The notes beneath the pieces were generated by a model. That model was not told where the DNA came from and searched no databases. It saw nothing but the letters and a program-made list of their open reading frames with translations. From the NCBI GenBank assembly GCA_043228905.1, contig JBHGNT010000013.1, forward strand, positions 17,484,001 through 17,548,000: 64,000 bases of DNA, in the 5' to 3' direction. This document shows, one piece after another, positions 1-11,282 of this stretch. The DNA comes from Azolla caroliniana. Lineage: Eukaryota > Plantae > Polypodiophyta. Position 1 is the stretch's first letter; each line of letters begins with the position of its first letter. The translations under genes were made by a program, and so were the position numbers.

Positions 1-58
1 TGGTGTAGTTGATCATTATTGTTGTATAGTTCGAGATGTTGTTGCCTCTATAACTGTG

Positions 59-94
<36 letters not shown>

Positions 95-358
95 GTAACT
101 CAACAGCCGTCTGTCAGACGAAGAAGATCTCGAGGTTGTTGCCTTTGAGTATCCTATTGTACTCCTCCTCATCATTAGTGATCTAGTTCAGAGTTCGAGA
201 ACTCCCATGGTTTTTCCCTTTTGGGTTTTCCACGTTAAACACTGTGGCTCTATTTCTCGTTCTCTGCCCCCTCGTTTTCTAACTGCGTATTCTCTTGCTT
301 GTTTCTTTTGCACACAGAAAGGAGCGTGAAACCGGTTATGGTCGGTCGATTCTTAACA
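1..358 (+). repeat. 5' LTR of Copia A (partial), contains (GA)n at 62-92
   Basis: Ends TCTTAACA, followed by the iMet PBS; direct repeat of the 3' LTR. Confidence 0.93.
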
Positions 359-361
359 AAG

Positions 362-373
362 TGGTATCAGAGC
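362..373 (+). promoter_or_regulatory. Primer-binding site (tRNA-iMet) of Copia A
   Basis: TGGTATCAGAGC, 3 nt after the LTR end. Confidence 0.93.
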
Positions 374-1306
374 GATGGATGACTCGTTCGACGGCATGTT
401 CAAGTTGACCGGCTCCAACTACTCAGTGTAGAAGTCGAAGATGTGGGACACACGGGACTGTCGATGCAATTTGGAGATAAAAGGTCAGACAAGATCGATG
501 CATCGACTTCAGAAGTCATGCATCTGAAGGCGGCAACGTATATAAGGTGTGCTATAGACATGATTCTATACAATAAATTTGATGAAGAGACAAGTGCCGA
601 CGTCCTCTGGAAGAAGATTGGCGTGATGTTCGAAAACAAGAACGTCATGAACAATCTCTCAGTTTTCAGAAAAATCGTGAGACTCTGGTATCAAGATGGC
701 TCCAGCATGGCGGAACATATTAATGCCTTCCAAGGACTGATGAATCAAACCACCTCTCTAGAAGTACCTTTTGCGGACGAGGTATTAGCACTGTTGTTGT
801 TGGGATCCCTTCCGGATAGCTGGGAAATGTTGGTTGTCACATTAGGCAACGTGGGACCAAAAGAGAAACACTTATCCCTAGAGCAGGTGAAGTCGAGCTT
901 GTTGAATGAAGAAGCTCGCTGGAACGACTGAGAGTCCAATACCAACCTGAAGAACCTCATCACGGAAAGTGACACGAATCGAGGGTGAGGTCGAAATCGA
1001 AGTCCCAGAATCGAGATAAGTCGGCGACGAGGTCGAAGTCGGGGGGAAGGCCCACGTGCTTCTATTGTGGGAAGCCGGGGCACTTCCAAAAGAATTGCCT
1101 ACACTTTCTAAAGGAGAAAGGGAGAGCTGATGGTGTAGAGCCGAAGAAAATACCAGATAAAAATAACACCTCAGCAATCGCCACGAGTGAAGAGAAGTTG
1201 TTGTTCATTAGTGAACAAAATGAGGTCAATCTCGCCGACGAAGAATCAACATGGGTGGTCAATTTGGGTGCGTCGTTTCACCTAACCCTCAACCGAAAGT
1301 GCTTCT

Positions 1307-1933
1307 TGATGAGGAGAGAGAGAAAAAGGATAGAGAAGAGAAGAGGAAGAGAAAAGAATACTTCAATATACTATTAGGAAAACAATACAATCCTCTTAGA
1401 CTCCAAAAGTAACAACCCCAAATAACACTACTTTAATATACTATTAGCCAAAATAGTCTTTCCTTCGTCTCTCTTTCTTCGACTAATCTTCTTCTCACTT
1501 CGCCTAATCGTTCTCACTTCTTCTTTTAGATATTCTATTCCCCCTTTTGTCTCTCCCAATTGCTAAGAATACCCTCATATTTATAGGTTTTTCTTTGCGT
1601 TATTCTTGCTTTTTTCTTTTTTTTCTTTCTACATATCCTCGAGTTTGTGTGATGTGTTTTTCATATCATTATTTATATCTCTCTTTGTCAGCTTTCTTAT
1701 AAATCTTTTCTTTTGAAATTTGGATATGAGATGAAGAAGTTATGAGCTTTTTTCTCTGCCTTGCTTTTTCTACCTTTTTTATGTGTTTTTTTCTTTTTTC
1801 TTGCTTTTTCTACTTTTGGAAAACGCCTCTAACTTCATATGCCTTCAATTTCATTCGTCTTTTAACTCTTAAACACCTTAGCATCCGATGCATTTGCCAT
1901 GGTCTTTTCTTACGAGCAAAAATTGACTTCACA
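1307..1933. mobile_element. Solo LTR inserted in the Copia A protease region
   Basis: TG...CA ends; TSD CTTCT at 1302-1306 and 1934-1938; removal restores K-C-F-S-S-Y-K. Confidence 0.9.
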
Positions 1934-3516
1934 CTTCTCATCATACAAGGTCCGAGACCACGTTCTTATAAAAATGGGGAATAAAGGAGCATGTCGAATC
2001 GTCAGCATTGGAGATGTGTGTCTGATGACATCGACAGGGTGCAGACTAGTCTTGAGAGATGTTCGACACATTCCGGAAGTCAGATTGAATCTAATATCAA
2101 CCGGTCGGCTGGATGACAAAGGCTACATGGGTAGCATCCGGAACGGTGTCATGAAGTTTTGCAAGGAAATCCTGATCGTGGCTCAAACCCGGAAAACCAG
2201 CACACTGTACATAATGAATGCTCGATTATGCCGAGGGGAATCAAACGTGGTAGTCGATACAATCGGTGAGTTGTGGCATAAGAGACTATGCCACATGAGC
2301 CAGAAGGGAATGCATATGCTAGCCGAAAAGGAACTCCTACCAGAGGTAAAGAAAGTGTATATGGATAAGTGTGTTGATTGTCTGGCCGGCAAACAAAATC
2401 GAACCTCTTTCCGATCGAGGCCCCCGATGAGGAAGAAAATGCCGTTGGAACTCATGCATACGGACATATCCTACATGGACACGAAGTCTCATGCTGGGTC
2501 ACACTATTTTGTGACCTTCATAGAAATTTGTAGCCGAAAGTTATGGGCTTTCATGTTGAAGACGAAGGATCAATTATTATCTATCTTCAAAGAGTTCCAA
2601 ACGAGGGCCGACAGGGAAATCAGCTGAAAATTGAAGGCAGTCTGAGCAGACAATGGCGGAGAGTTCGAAGAATATTGCCGAGCATAGGGAATCCGGCTCG
2701 AGTATATCGTGCTGAAGACGCTAGAGCTCAAACGGGTTGGCCGAGAGAATGAACCGATCTGTAATGGAGAGGATCCGAAGTATGCTTGCACATGTGAAGT
2801 TACCAAAGACGTTCTGGGTTGAGGCGCTAACGACGACAATGTATGTGATCAATCGATCACCCTCAGTACCCTTGGATAGTGATATTCCACAAAGGGTGTG
2901 GAGCGGCAAAGACGTATCGTACTGACACTTGAGGACATGTTCGTTGTCTTGTCTATGTGCACGTTGCAAAGGACCAAAGGGGGAAGCTAGATCCGAAATC
3001 TCGGCCATGCATATTTCTTGGCTACAACGATGATGAATTCGGCTATCGGCTATGGGACTTAGCCGAGAAGAAGGTGATTAGGAGCCGAGATATCATCTTC
3101 ATGGAAGAGAAGACGATTGTCGATTGGGAGATTGAGAACAAGTCTCCACCTATTGAATCGAGCCAAGTCGACACTCGACCGAATCGAGTAGAAGTCGATT
3201 CGATCGGAATCAAATCCGAGCCAGTCGGCCAATTTAATACTCAACAAAATCGATAACCGACTGGAGAATGAGGGGAACCGGCCAAACAAGGAACCGAATT
3301 CGACTCAGCCGAAGAAATCAAAGAAGAACCGACCGTGTCGAATGGAGGCCGAAGATATCCCCTATGAGAGAGAAGGGCCCCTCGAAGATTTCCGGATGAA
3401 GAGCGTGTACTGCTAACCGATGAGGGGGAGCTGAAAAGCTTTGAAGAAGCTAAACACGATACCCACATCCAAAAGTGGTTAAGTGCCATGCAAGAGGATA
3501 TGGATTCCTTGCATAA

Positions 3517-4275
3517 TGTGAAAGTGTTTTTAGAATCTAAGCATTGAACATTAGAAGAATATAAAGTATGGATAATTCACATTTGGAGGCTAAGAACACG
3601 AACCAAGACCTTAGGAAGAAGTCAAAAGTAAAAGAGACCAAGAGAAAAGTAAAAAGAGAAAAAGTGGACCATAAAAAACAGTAAAAAAGGAATGGTCATA
3701 ACTCCTTCGTTTTCCACCCAAATATTATGTTTAAATATGGGTTATCTATAGCGTTTTAAATCACTAAATTTGGAGCTTTGATGAGGGAGATATGACGATT
3801 AGAAGGTCGTTGGGTCTTAGCTAAAAATAGGAGATAAAAAGCTTCTAAAAATATCGTGAACGAGTAAGAAGAAGAAATTTATAATAGAGAGGAGGTCCTA
3901 ATAGATGAGGAGGAGTCTTAGGGAAAGGTCTTAGTGGAAGGAGGGGATCCTAATAGAGGAGGAGGATTAGGAAGAAGGCTCTTAGTGGAAGAGGAAGGGT
4001 CTTAATTGTGGGTTTGAGTGATTGGTAGTAAGACGGTCTTTGGTTTCTTAGTTGAATGTGGAGTTTATCTTCTTTGTATTGTCTTGATATTGGAATATCA
4101 TAACAATCTTCTCTTTCTCATCTTCTCAATCTTTTTTCTTAATTTCTTGAGTCTCTCTCTCTAATTCATAGATATCTTGATCTACATAATATATTCTGAG
4201 TCACAACTCCATCTAACCGGTTTGGTCAAGCCCTCATATAGTGTAAGATTACCCTTTATCTTAAACACCCTATCA
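3517..4275. mobile_element. Solo LTR inserted at the start of Copia A RT
   Basis: TGTGAAAG...CCTATCA; TSD CATAA at 3512-3516 and 4276-4280; removal restores S-L-H-K-N-H-T-Y. Confidence 0.9.
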
Positions 4276-5708
4276 CATAAGAACCACACATACAAACTGA
4301 CCGAGTTGCTGAAAGGGAAGAAGGCACTACGGAATAAGTGGGTATAATACAAACTAATGCTAAGAGATTGCGGAAATCCACCCAAATACAAAGCACGAAT
4401 TGTACTGAAAGTCTTTCAACAAAAGAAGGGTGTTGATTTCGACGAAATATTTTCCCCGATCGTGAACATGACGTCAATCCGAATAGTGTTGAGCATCACA
4501 GCCAGCATGGATCTCGAAGTCGAACAATTGGACATCAAGACTGCATTCCGTCATGGAGATTTGGAGGAAGAGATATATATGCACTAGTCAAAAGGATTTG
4601 AGGAAAAAGATAAAGAGAACCTTGTATGCCGATTGAGAAAGAGCTTGTATCCGGTGAAGTAGGCACCTCGACAATGGTACCGAAAATTCGAATCGGAGGA
4701 GATTTTCTCATCCTCCTGTTGTATCTGGATGACATGCTTATTGTCGTACAGGACCTAAAGAAAATCGGAAGCTTGAAGAAGGCCTTGAGTAGGTCATTCT
4801 CGATGAAGGACATGGGTCCGGCAAAACAAATCTTGGGAATGCACATTGTTCGGGATCGAACAAAGAGATTATTGTGGTTGTCACAGGAGAAGTACATGAC
4901 AAAAATGCTCCAGAGATTCTGCATGGAAAGCGCGAAACCGGTGGGCTCGACAATGCCGACAAACTGTAAGTTTTCTGGAAACCAAAGTCCAAAATCGAAA
5001 ACCAAGAAGGCCGAGATGTCAAAAGTCCCTTATGCCTCGACAATCGGAAGCCTGATGTACGCAATGGTGTGTACAAGGCCGAACATTGGATACGCAGTCG
5101 GCGGGGTCAACCAATATATGAACAATCTTGGAAAAGAGAATTGGGCTGGTGTGGAGTGGATACTTCGGTACCTTAGAGGCACCTCGAGTGTGTGTCTTTG
5201 ATTCGGCTCGGGTAACCCCACACTAGAAGGTTATACGGACTCAGACATGTCGGTTGATGTGGATACCAGCTGATCCACATCCGAATACGTAATGACTTCT
5301 ACAGGGGGAGCCGTTTCGTGACAGTCGAGGCTAGAGAAGGTTGTGACATTGTCGACCACGAAAGCCGAGTATATGGCCGCAACGGAAGCCGGCAAGGAAA
5401 TCATATGGATGAAGGAATTTATCGGTGAGTTGGGAATTTGAGAAGAGGAATTCCGACTCCATCGCGATAACCTGAGGGTCATCCACCTTGTGAAAAATGC
5501 CACCTACCACTCAGGACCAAGCACATCTAGAGGACATATCATTGGCTCCAAGTGCGAGTAGAAGAGAAGGAGTTCGCTCTAGTGAAGATTCACATGGTTG
5601 AGAATGGATCAGACATGTTGACGAAAGTGTTGTTAGCAAAGAATCTGAATGAGTGCCAACAAAGAGTCATATTGATGAAGTACCCCATGCCGGAGCGAAG
5701 GGGGAATT

Positions 5709-6249
5709 TGTTGGGAAAACCAGGTCCCTCCGGATGGGATGAACCGAAATTGATGAGCAAACTTAGCCAAGGCCGAAAATCGATTTCGGAAATCGGGAGA
5801 CTATATTTGTATATAGTCCAAATATGCCCCTTGTGGGCTATACTTGTAAATAGCCATAAAGTTTTTGTAGTATATAAACAACTAGGGCAAACTTTAAGTT
5901 GGTGTAGTTGATCCTTATTGTTGTATAGTTAGAGAAATTGTTGCCTCTGTAACTGTGAGTCAGAGACAAAGAGAGTGAGAGTTGTAACTCAGCAGTCGTC
6001 TGTCAAACGAAGAAGTTCTCGAGGTTGTTGCCTCTGAGTATCTTATTGTACTCCTCCTCATCATTAGTGATCTAGTTCGGAGTTCGAGGACTCCCATGGT
6101 TTTTCCCTTTCAAGTTTTCCATGTAAAACATTTTGTGTCTCTATTTATCATTCTCTGCCCCCTCGTTTTTTGTCTGCATATTAACCTGCTTCTTTCTTTT
6201 GCACCCAAAAAGGAACGTGTAACTGGTTGTGGACGGCTGATTCTTAACA
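5709..6249 (+). repeat. 3' LTR of Copia A (541 bp)
   Basis: TGTTGGG...CTTAACA, preceded by the PPT. Confidence 0.93.
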
Positions 6250-7620
6250 CTTCTAAAGGCATGGTGAATTCTATAATATCTAGTTAACCTCTGAACATTT
6301 CCAACAAATACTTCCAACGCTTCATACCCATCAAATTGAAAATGACAAGTAAATGCATCAATCAATTGTCACATATAGGCATGGAAGACCTCATGATCCA
6401 AAAATGAGGAATTGAAAATCAACGATGGTTTTCCTAAAAACTCATGAAAAGCTCTAATTGAGTGGTGAGTAAATTCAAAAATTAATGGGAAATGATCTGA
6501 TATAATTGACCCATAAGACACTGAAATATCCTAAATCTCTAGTAAAAACCCTTCGGTATGCATTACATACATTCGATCCAACCTACTCCAAGTATCCATA
6601 TATTGAGCCGATTGAAAGGTATAACCAAGTTCATCTCCCTTGATCCATTTCCATACATCCCTTAACATGACTTTAGTCTAAAAAATTCCCCATTATTGAG
6701 CTCTGGTCCATCCATAATAAAGTGGATAGATGTTGATTGATCTGTCTCACAACAAACATTAAAATTTCCCATCAATAAACCCAGTCTACCATTATCAAGC
6801 ACTAAGTTTAGAGATCTCCATAACAACTTTCGTTCTTGTGAAACATTTGATGGATACACACTAACTAACCAAAAAACTTGCTTGCCCTTCATAATATATC
6901 TCAACCATGATAAAGCTTCCAAATTCATCTTAAACAATTACTTCTGGATGAAATTGATCTCTTATAAACATGACAATCCTAGAATAATCCCCATGAACAG
7001 TGTCGGCATAACATAGTGTATAACCCTTAGAATAACTAATTAATCCAACATTACGATGATCTTTATGCTCTATTACACATAAAACATCCCATTTCTCACT
7101 TAACACAATCCTCCAAACCTCATGCATTCTAAATCTAGAATGTTCACAATCCCCTCACATTCTATGTGATGATCTTCATACTTTATTTTTTCCTTTAATT
7201 CGAGAAATCTCCTTCTCATTCACTACTAATGTTTCTGTCATATCTTGAAATAAATTCCCTAAGATTGCATACTAATTACTATGGGAATGCAAAACTCCAG
7301 ACCCCAATGGCTCCGCTTGTGAATGAGGCACCAATTTCCGTTTATTCCAAGGAACATACAAATTATCTTTATTATCAAAAGACAATTTCTTTGGATGGTC
7401 CTCCTAACAACCCCATGGTCTATTCCGCATGGAATTTGTTTGTTGAATCGGTGTTACCTTCTCCATAGATACATTATGCCCAACATTCTTATTAAAGTTC
7501 TTCATCTTTCCAAAAACTATAGACCATTGCCCTTCATCCTCTAGAGTATTTCCATCCATAGATACATTATGCCCAACATTCTTATTAAAGTTCTTCATCT
7601 TTCCAGAAACTATAGACCAT
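6250..7620 (-). mobile_element. Degenerate L1-type LINE fragment (APE endonuclease N-terminus plus upstream remnant), probable host of Copia A
   Basis: Minus strand from 7179 reads MKIIT*NVRGL; further APE motifs WDVLCVIEH and MGNFN; ~90-bp tandem duplication at 7461-7620. Confidence 0.8.
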
Positions 7621-7845
7621 GGAAGTGTGTTAAAAACACTACTTACAATGGGTGTCAGTGGTTACAATGGAGTATGGTCACCCACTAACTACACTACATG
7701 GTCTCTCTCTCGCTATCGTAATTAGTTTACCCTAATAGTAAGTTTTTAACACTCCAAGCACTACATCTTGGGTTCGAAACCCAATTTTCTCACCTCTCTA
7801 TTATATACTTCATACATATCTCTTTAATTCACTGGATGACACTTT

Positions 7846-7914
7846 GGAATGTAGAGGTTGAACCCATGACCACTTGGTCTCCATTGAGCAACCTTACCAA
7901 CTGAGCTACATCCA
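7846..7914 (-). pseudogene. tRNA-derived (SINE-head-like) sequence, copy 1
   Basis: Reverse complement GGATGTAGCTCAGTTGGTAAGG...GGTCATGGGTTCAACCTCTACATTCC has A and B boxes; anticodon arm is non-canonical. Confidence 0.65.
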
Positions 7915-7970
7915 TCTGGTTGGTAATTAACATACTCCATAGATATCTCTAATTTCACTAAATGCCATTG

Positions 7971-8040
7971 TGGAATGTAGGGGTTGAACCCATGACCACC
8001 CGGTCTCCATTGGGCAACCTTACCAATTGAACTACATCCA
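7971..8040 (-). pseudogene. tRNA-derived (SINE-head-like) sequence, copy 2
   Basis: Direct repeat of 7846-7914 at ~125-bp spacing; B box GGTTCAACCCC. Confidence 0.65.
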
Positions 8041-9838
8041 TCTTGTCACTCTCTCTCTTTCTCTCTCTCTCTCTAGTAAAAGCACACAATTATATTAATT
8101 GTATGTAAAATCCACTTAGTTACAACACTTCTTAGTCTCCTCTACCTATCATATGCCTATGTAGCGAGAGGGACGTCTTGTAATGCCACTAAAAAATTTG
8201 AATATGCATTTGAGGAAAAGATCCCCACATGCTTTAACATCCAAAAATTCCACATGAGAATACCTTTCAACTTCTTTATATAGGCTTTCACCCCATGTCT
8301 ATTATCAAACATGAGCATTACGCATATTCCGATTGTTTTGTAGTCCCCAATAACGTAAAAATTGGAACAATATCTCCATCTCATCATTTGAACCATTTTG
8401 AACATATTGAGAAAAAACCCATTCTTGAGGTCTCAAACAACAACGGGTTAAAACTTGCCAAATGTCCGATAAGTACTTCCAAATGGTACACACTATAGGA
8501 CATTTAATGAACCTATGTGTACTATCCTCCAATGGAACTGTGCAAAAGAAACAAGTGCAAGACCCTAGTCCTCGTCTCTTTAAGGCCGAACCTAATGGGA
8601 GCCCACCAATCATGACCTACCATATGAATACCTCACATTCTAATATTTTCCACCACCTTGAATCTTATTTACAAATGTACAATCCCCAATCTAAATAAAT
8701 GATTGAATTGAGATCTCAACTTCTCTTTCCCATGCCAAAACAACACTTGAGAAGAAACAAGAAATTCATTTTGTAATGAATTATAAGATTCTCGATCAGT
8801 TGATGGTCCCCATTCAAAAAGAGATAATGCATCTTGCCATTATCTTACCAAATGTTGTCCACATATAGAATGTTGAATCTTTAGAGGAATACTGAATCCA
8901 TTGAGTAATTACCACCAGGATGCTTGAATCTTTGTTTTCCTGTGCACCAATCCTTTATGCTCAATAAAATATTGCATCATAGATATCCATGGTTGATCTT
9001 GTTGACATATATCTCATAATAATGCAAAATCTGCAAGCCATCAAATCCATTTCCAAATCCAATATTGTTGCACCACCTAACATTTTAGGAGTAGCCAAAT
9101 GGTCCCATGTAATCCATGTAACTCCCATCATTTCTCCCTTCCGCCACAACATGAACCGAATAGGTTGTAATATGTTTTGTAATGCCTTCTTAGTCCAAGG
9201 TAGTAAAGGCAAAAAATATAATAACATGGGTATCTAGATACATTGAACTACTTTGAGTCGTACATGAAAGGGTCATAATTGAGACTTCCAATACATAAAT
9301 TTGTCCTTCAATTTACTACCAATCCAATCAATCAATTGAACATTTGCAACATCAACACCCAATGGATATAACCCAAATGTCGATAAATTGATCCTTGTGT
9401 AATCACTGACTCTCGTCATCCCAAACATTCCAAATCACTCTCTGTACAAGAAATAAGGTGAGACTTCGTCCAATTTATATACAACCCTAAACCCAAAGCA
9501 AATTGATCCCAAACTTGCATACTCCTTTCAAGATTTTCTTTTTGAGGCTTGTAAAAACATAAAAGAATCATCAGCCAATGCTTGTACCACCAATTGTCCA
9601 CCAAAGGGAAGATGCAAACCCACAATATCACCACTAGTTGCAAGATTTGACAACATTACTAACAAAGGATGTGTAACAATAGCAAATAACAATGGGCGTA
9701 GTGGACGTCCTTGCTGCACGGATCTAATAAGAAACACTTTCGAAGTAATTCCGCCATTAAGCATCACACGCGAGGTTGCATTTTGCCCTAGCAAAAAGAT
9801 AAGTCAACACACACGAGGACCAAACCCCATATTATACA

Positions 9839-10780
9839 TCACACATGAGAGAAAGACCAATTAACATGATCATATGCTTTTTCCAAATCTAATTGCACCA
9901 TAACCATTTCTTGATGTGTATGTCGAGCATAATCGATAGCCATTTGAACATTCAAAACATTATGCAATATATTTCTACCTGCAATAAAACCATATTGAGA
10001 TGGATGAATAAGTTGAGGTAAGAATTTCTTAAGTCTGTTGGATAATATCTTTGCAAACACTTTGTACAACCTTCCTATCAATGAAATAGGCCTCCATTGA
10101 TGAAATGACTCCGGAGATGGTACCTTTGGTATCAATTTGATTAAGCCCACCTTCCAGCTCTTAGGCATGAAACCAGAATCCCAACATTGTTGAAACATTT
10201 GTGTGAATGGACCCTTAAGCATGCCATCATACTTCTTAAAAAATTTATTTGTAATACCATCCCAACCAGGGCTTTTACCATTTAGAAGGTGTAACGATAC
10301 CTTTTCCACCTCAGCTTCTTCAAAACCAACATCCAATTCTTGGCAAATATTTGTATTCATGACACACCCAATTACATTATAAAACTCTTGTCGTGCGTTC
10401 AACACATCCTCATTAATAATCAACTTTGGCCCAATCAAATTCTTAAAATGAGTAATGCATAACTCAATAACCTTGATTAGGTCTACAACAATGTCATCCC
10501 CTATCTTAATTTGTACCACATTTGAATGAGCATATGATGGTCTTAATCCTTGAAAAAACATATGAGATTGTGATTGATTATCTATAAATCCCTCCTTTAA
10601 CTGAAGTAGTCTTGTTTGTTGATAACTTTGACAAGACAAATTTTTCACAATGTCTTGTACTTGAACTTGAAGATCCAAAAGCTCTTCATCATGCGGATTA
10701 TTCATCAATAGTACATTGCATTGTGTAAGAATATGTGAAAACTTATCAATCAATTTCTTACGCCTTTTAGCATTAGTCAT
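9839..10780 (-). pseudogene. LINE ORF2 reverse-transcriptase fragment
   Basis: KSPGWDG, WRPISL, QYGFIAGRNI, QLDLEKAYDHVNW. Confidence 0.92.
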
Positions 10781-11282
10781 ACCTTACATATGATGAATAT
10801 CACTGATGTTTTGTAGTGTTGTATCCCATGCATGCAATCCTTTTAAAATAACTTGCATATAGGCATCAAATAATGAATGTAATAATAAAGAAGAATTAAA
10901 CCTCAAAGGGACTCGGTCAAGCAATGTTTTGTACATATCTACCCCATGTTTATGAAGCTCAAAACATATGGGAAAATGATCCAATGTCACAACCTCTTGC
11001 ATAATGCACATATTAAGCATCTCTGGCAAAAAGGATTCATCATGCATAACATACATTCTATCTAACCTACTCCATGTTTCCTTATATTACATAGATTGAA
11101 ATGTAAACCCAAGCTCATCTTGATGCAACCATTTCCATACATCCAACTTCAAAACCTCTGATGCCAAATTGTATTGTGAAATAGATTGTGAAGCATCAAC
11201 ACACATTAAAATCACTCATTAACAAAATAGCATGGCCCACTAATAACCGTGGATACATTGAAGACCATAACTCAATCTGCTT

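Larger units (their letters stand above)
375..5700 (+). pseudogene. Copia A gag-pol pseudogene (stops, frameshifts, two solo-LTR insertions)
   Basis: ATG at 375; fragments 443-931, 985-1306, 1934-2627, 2737-3256, 4357-5201 and 5552-5700 carry Copia motifs (LWHKRLCHMS, CVDCLAGKQNR, SIGSLMYAMVCTRP-like). Confidence 0.92.
1..6249 (+). mobile_element. Ty1/Copia LTR retrotransposon A (Tnt1/Tto1-like), degenerate; 5' LTR cut by the window edge
   Basis: 1-358 matches 5900-6249. PBS TGGTATCAGAGC at 362-373; PPT GAAGGGGGAATT before TGTTGGG at 5709. ORF fragments give gag (UBN2-like, CFYCGKPGH knuckle), protease, integrase, RT (LLLYLDDML) and RNase H in Copia order. Confidence 0.95.

Noticed and set aside
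7846-8040. Functional tRNA genes
   Set aside because: D and anticodon stems do not pair canonically; treated as tRNA-derived repeats.
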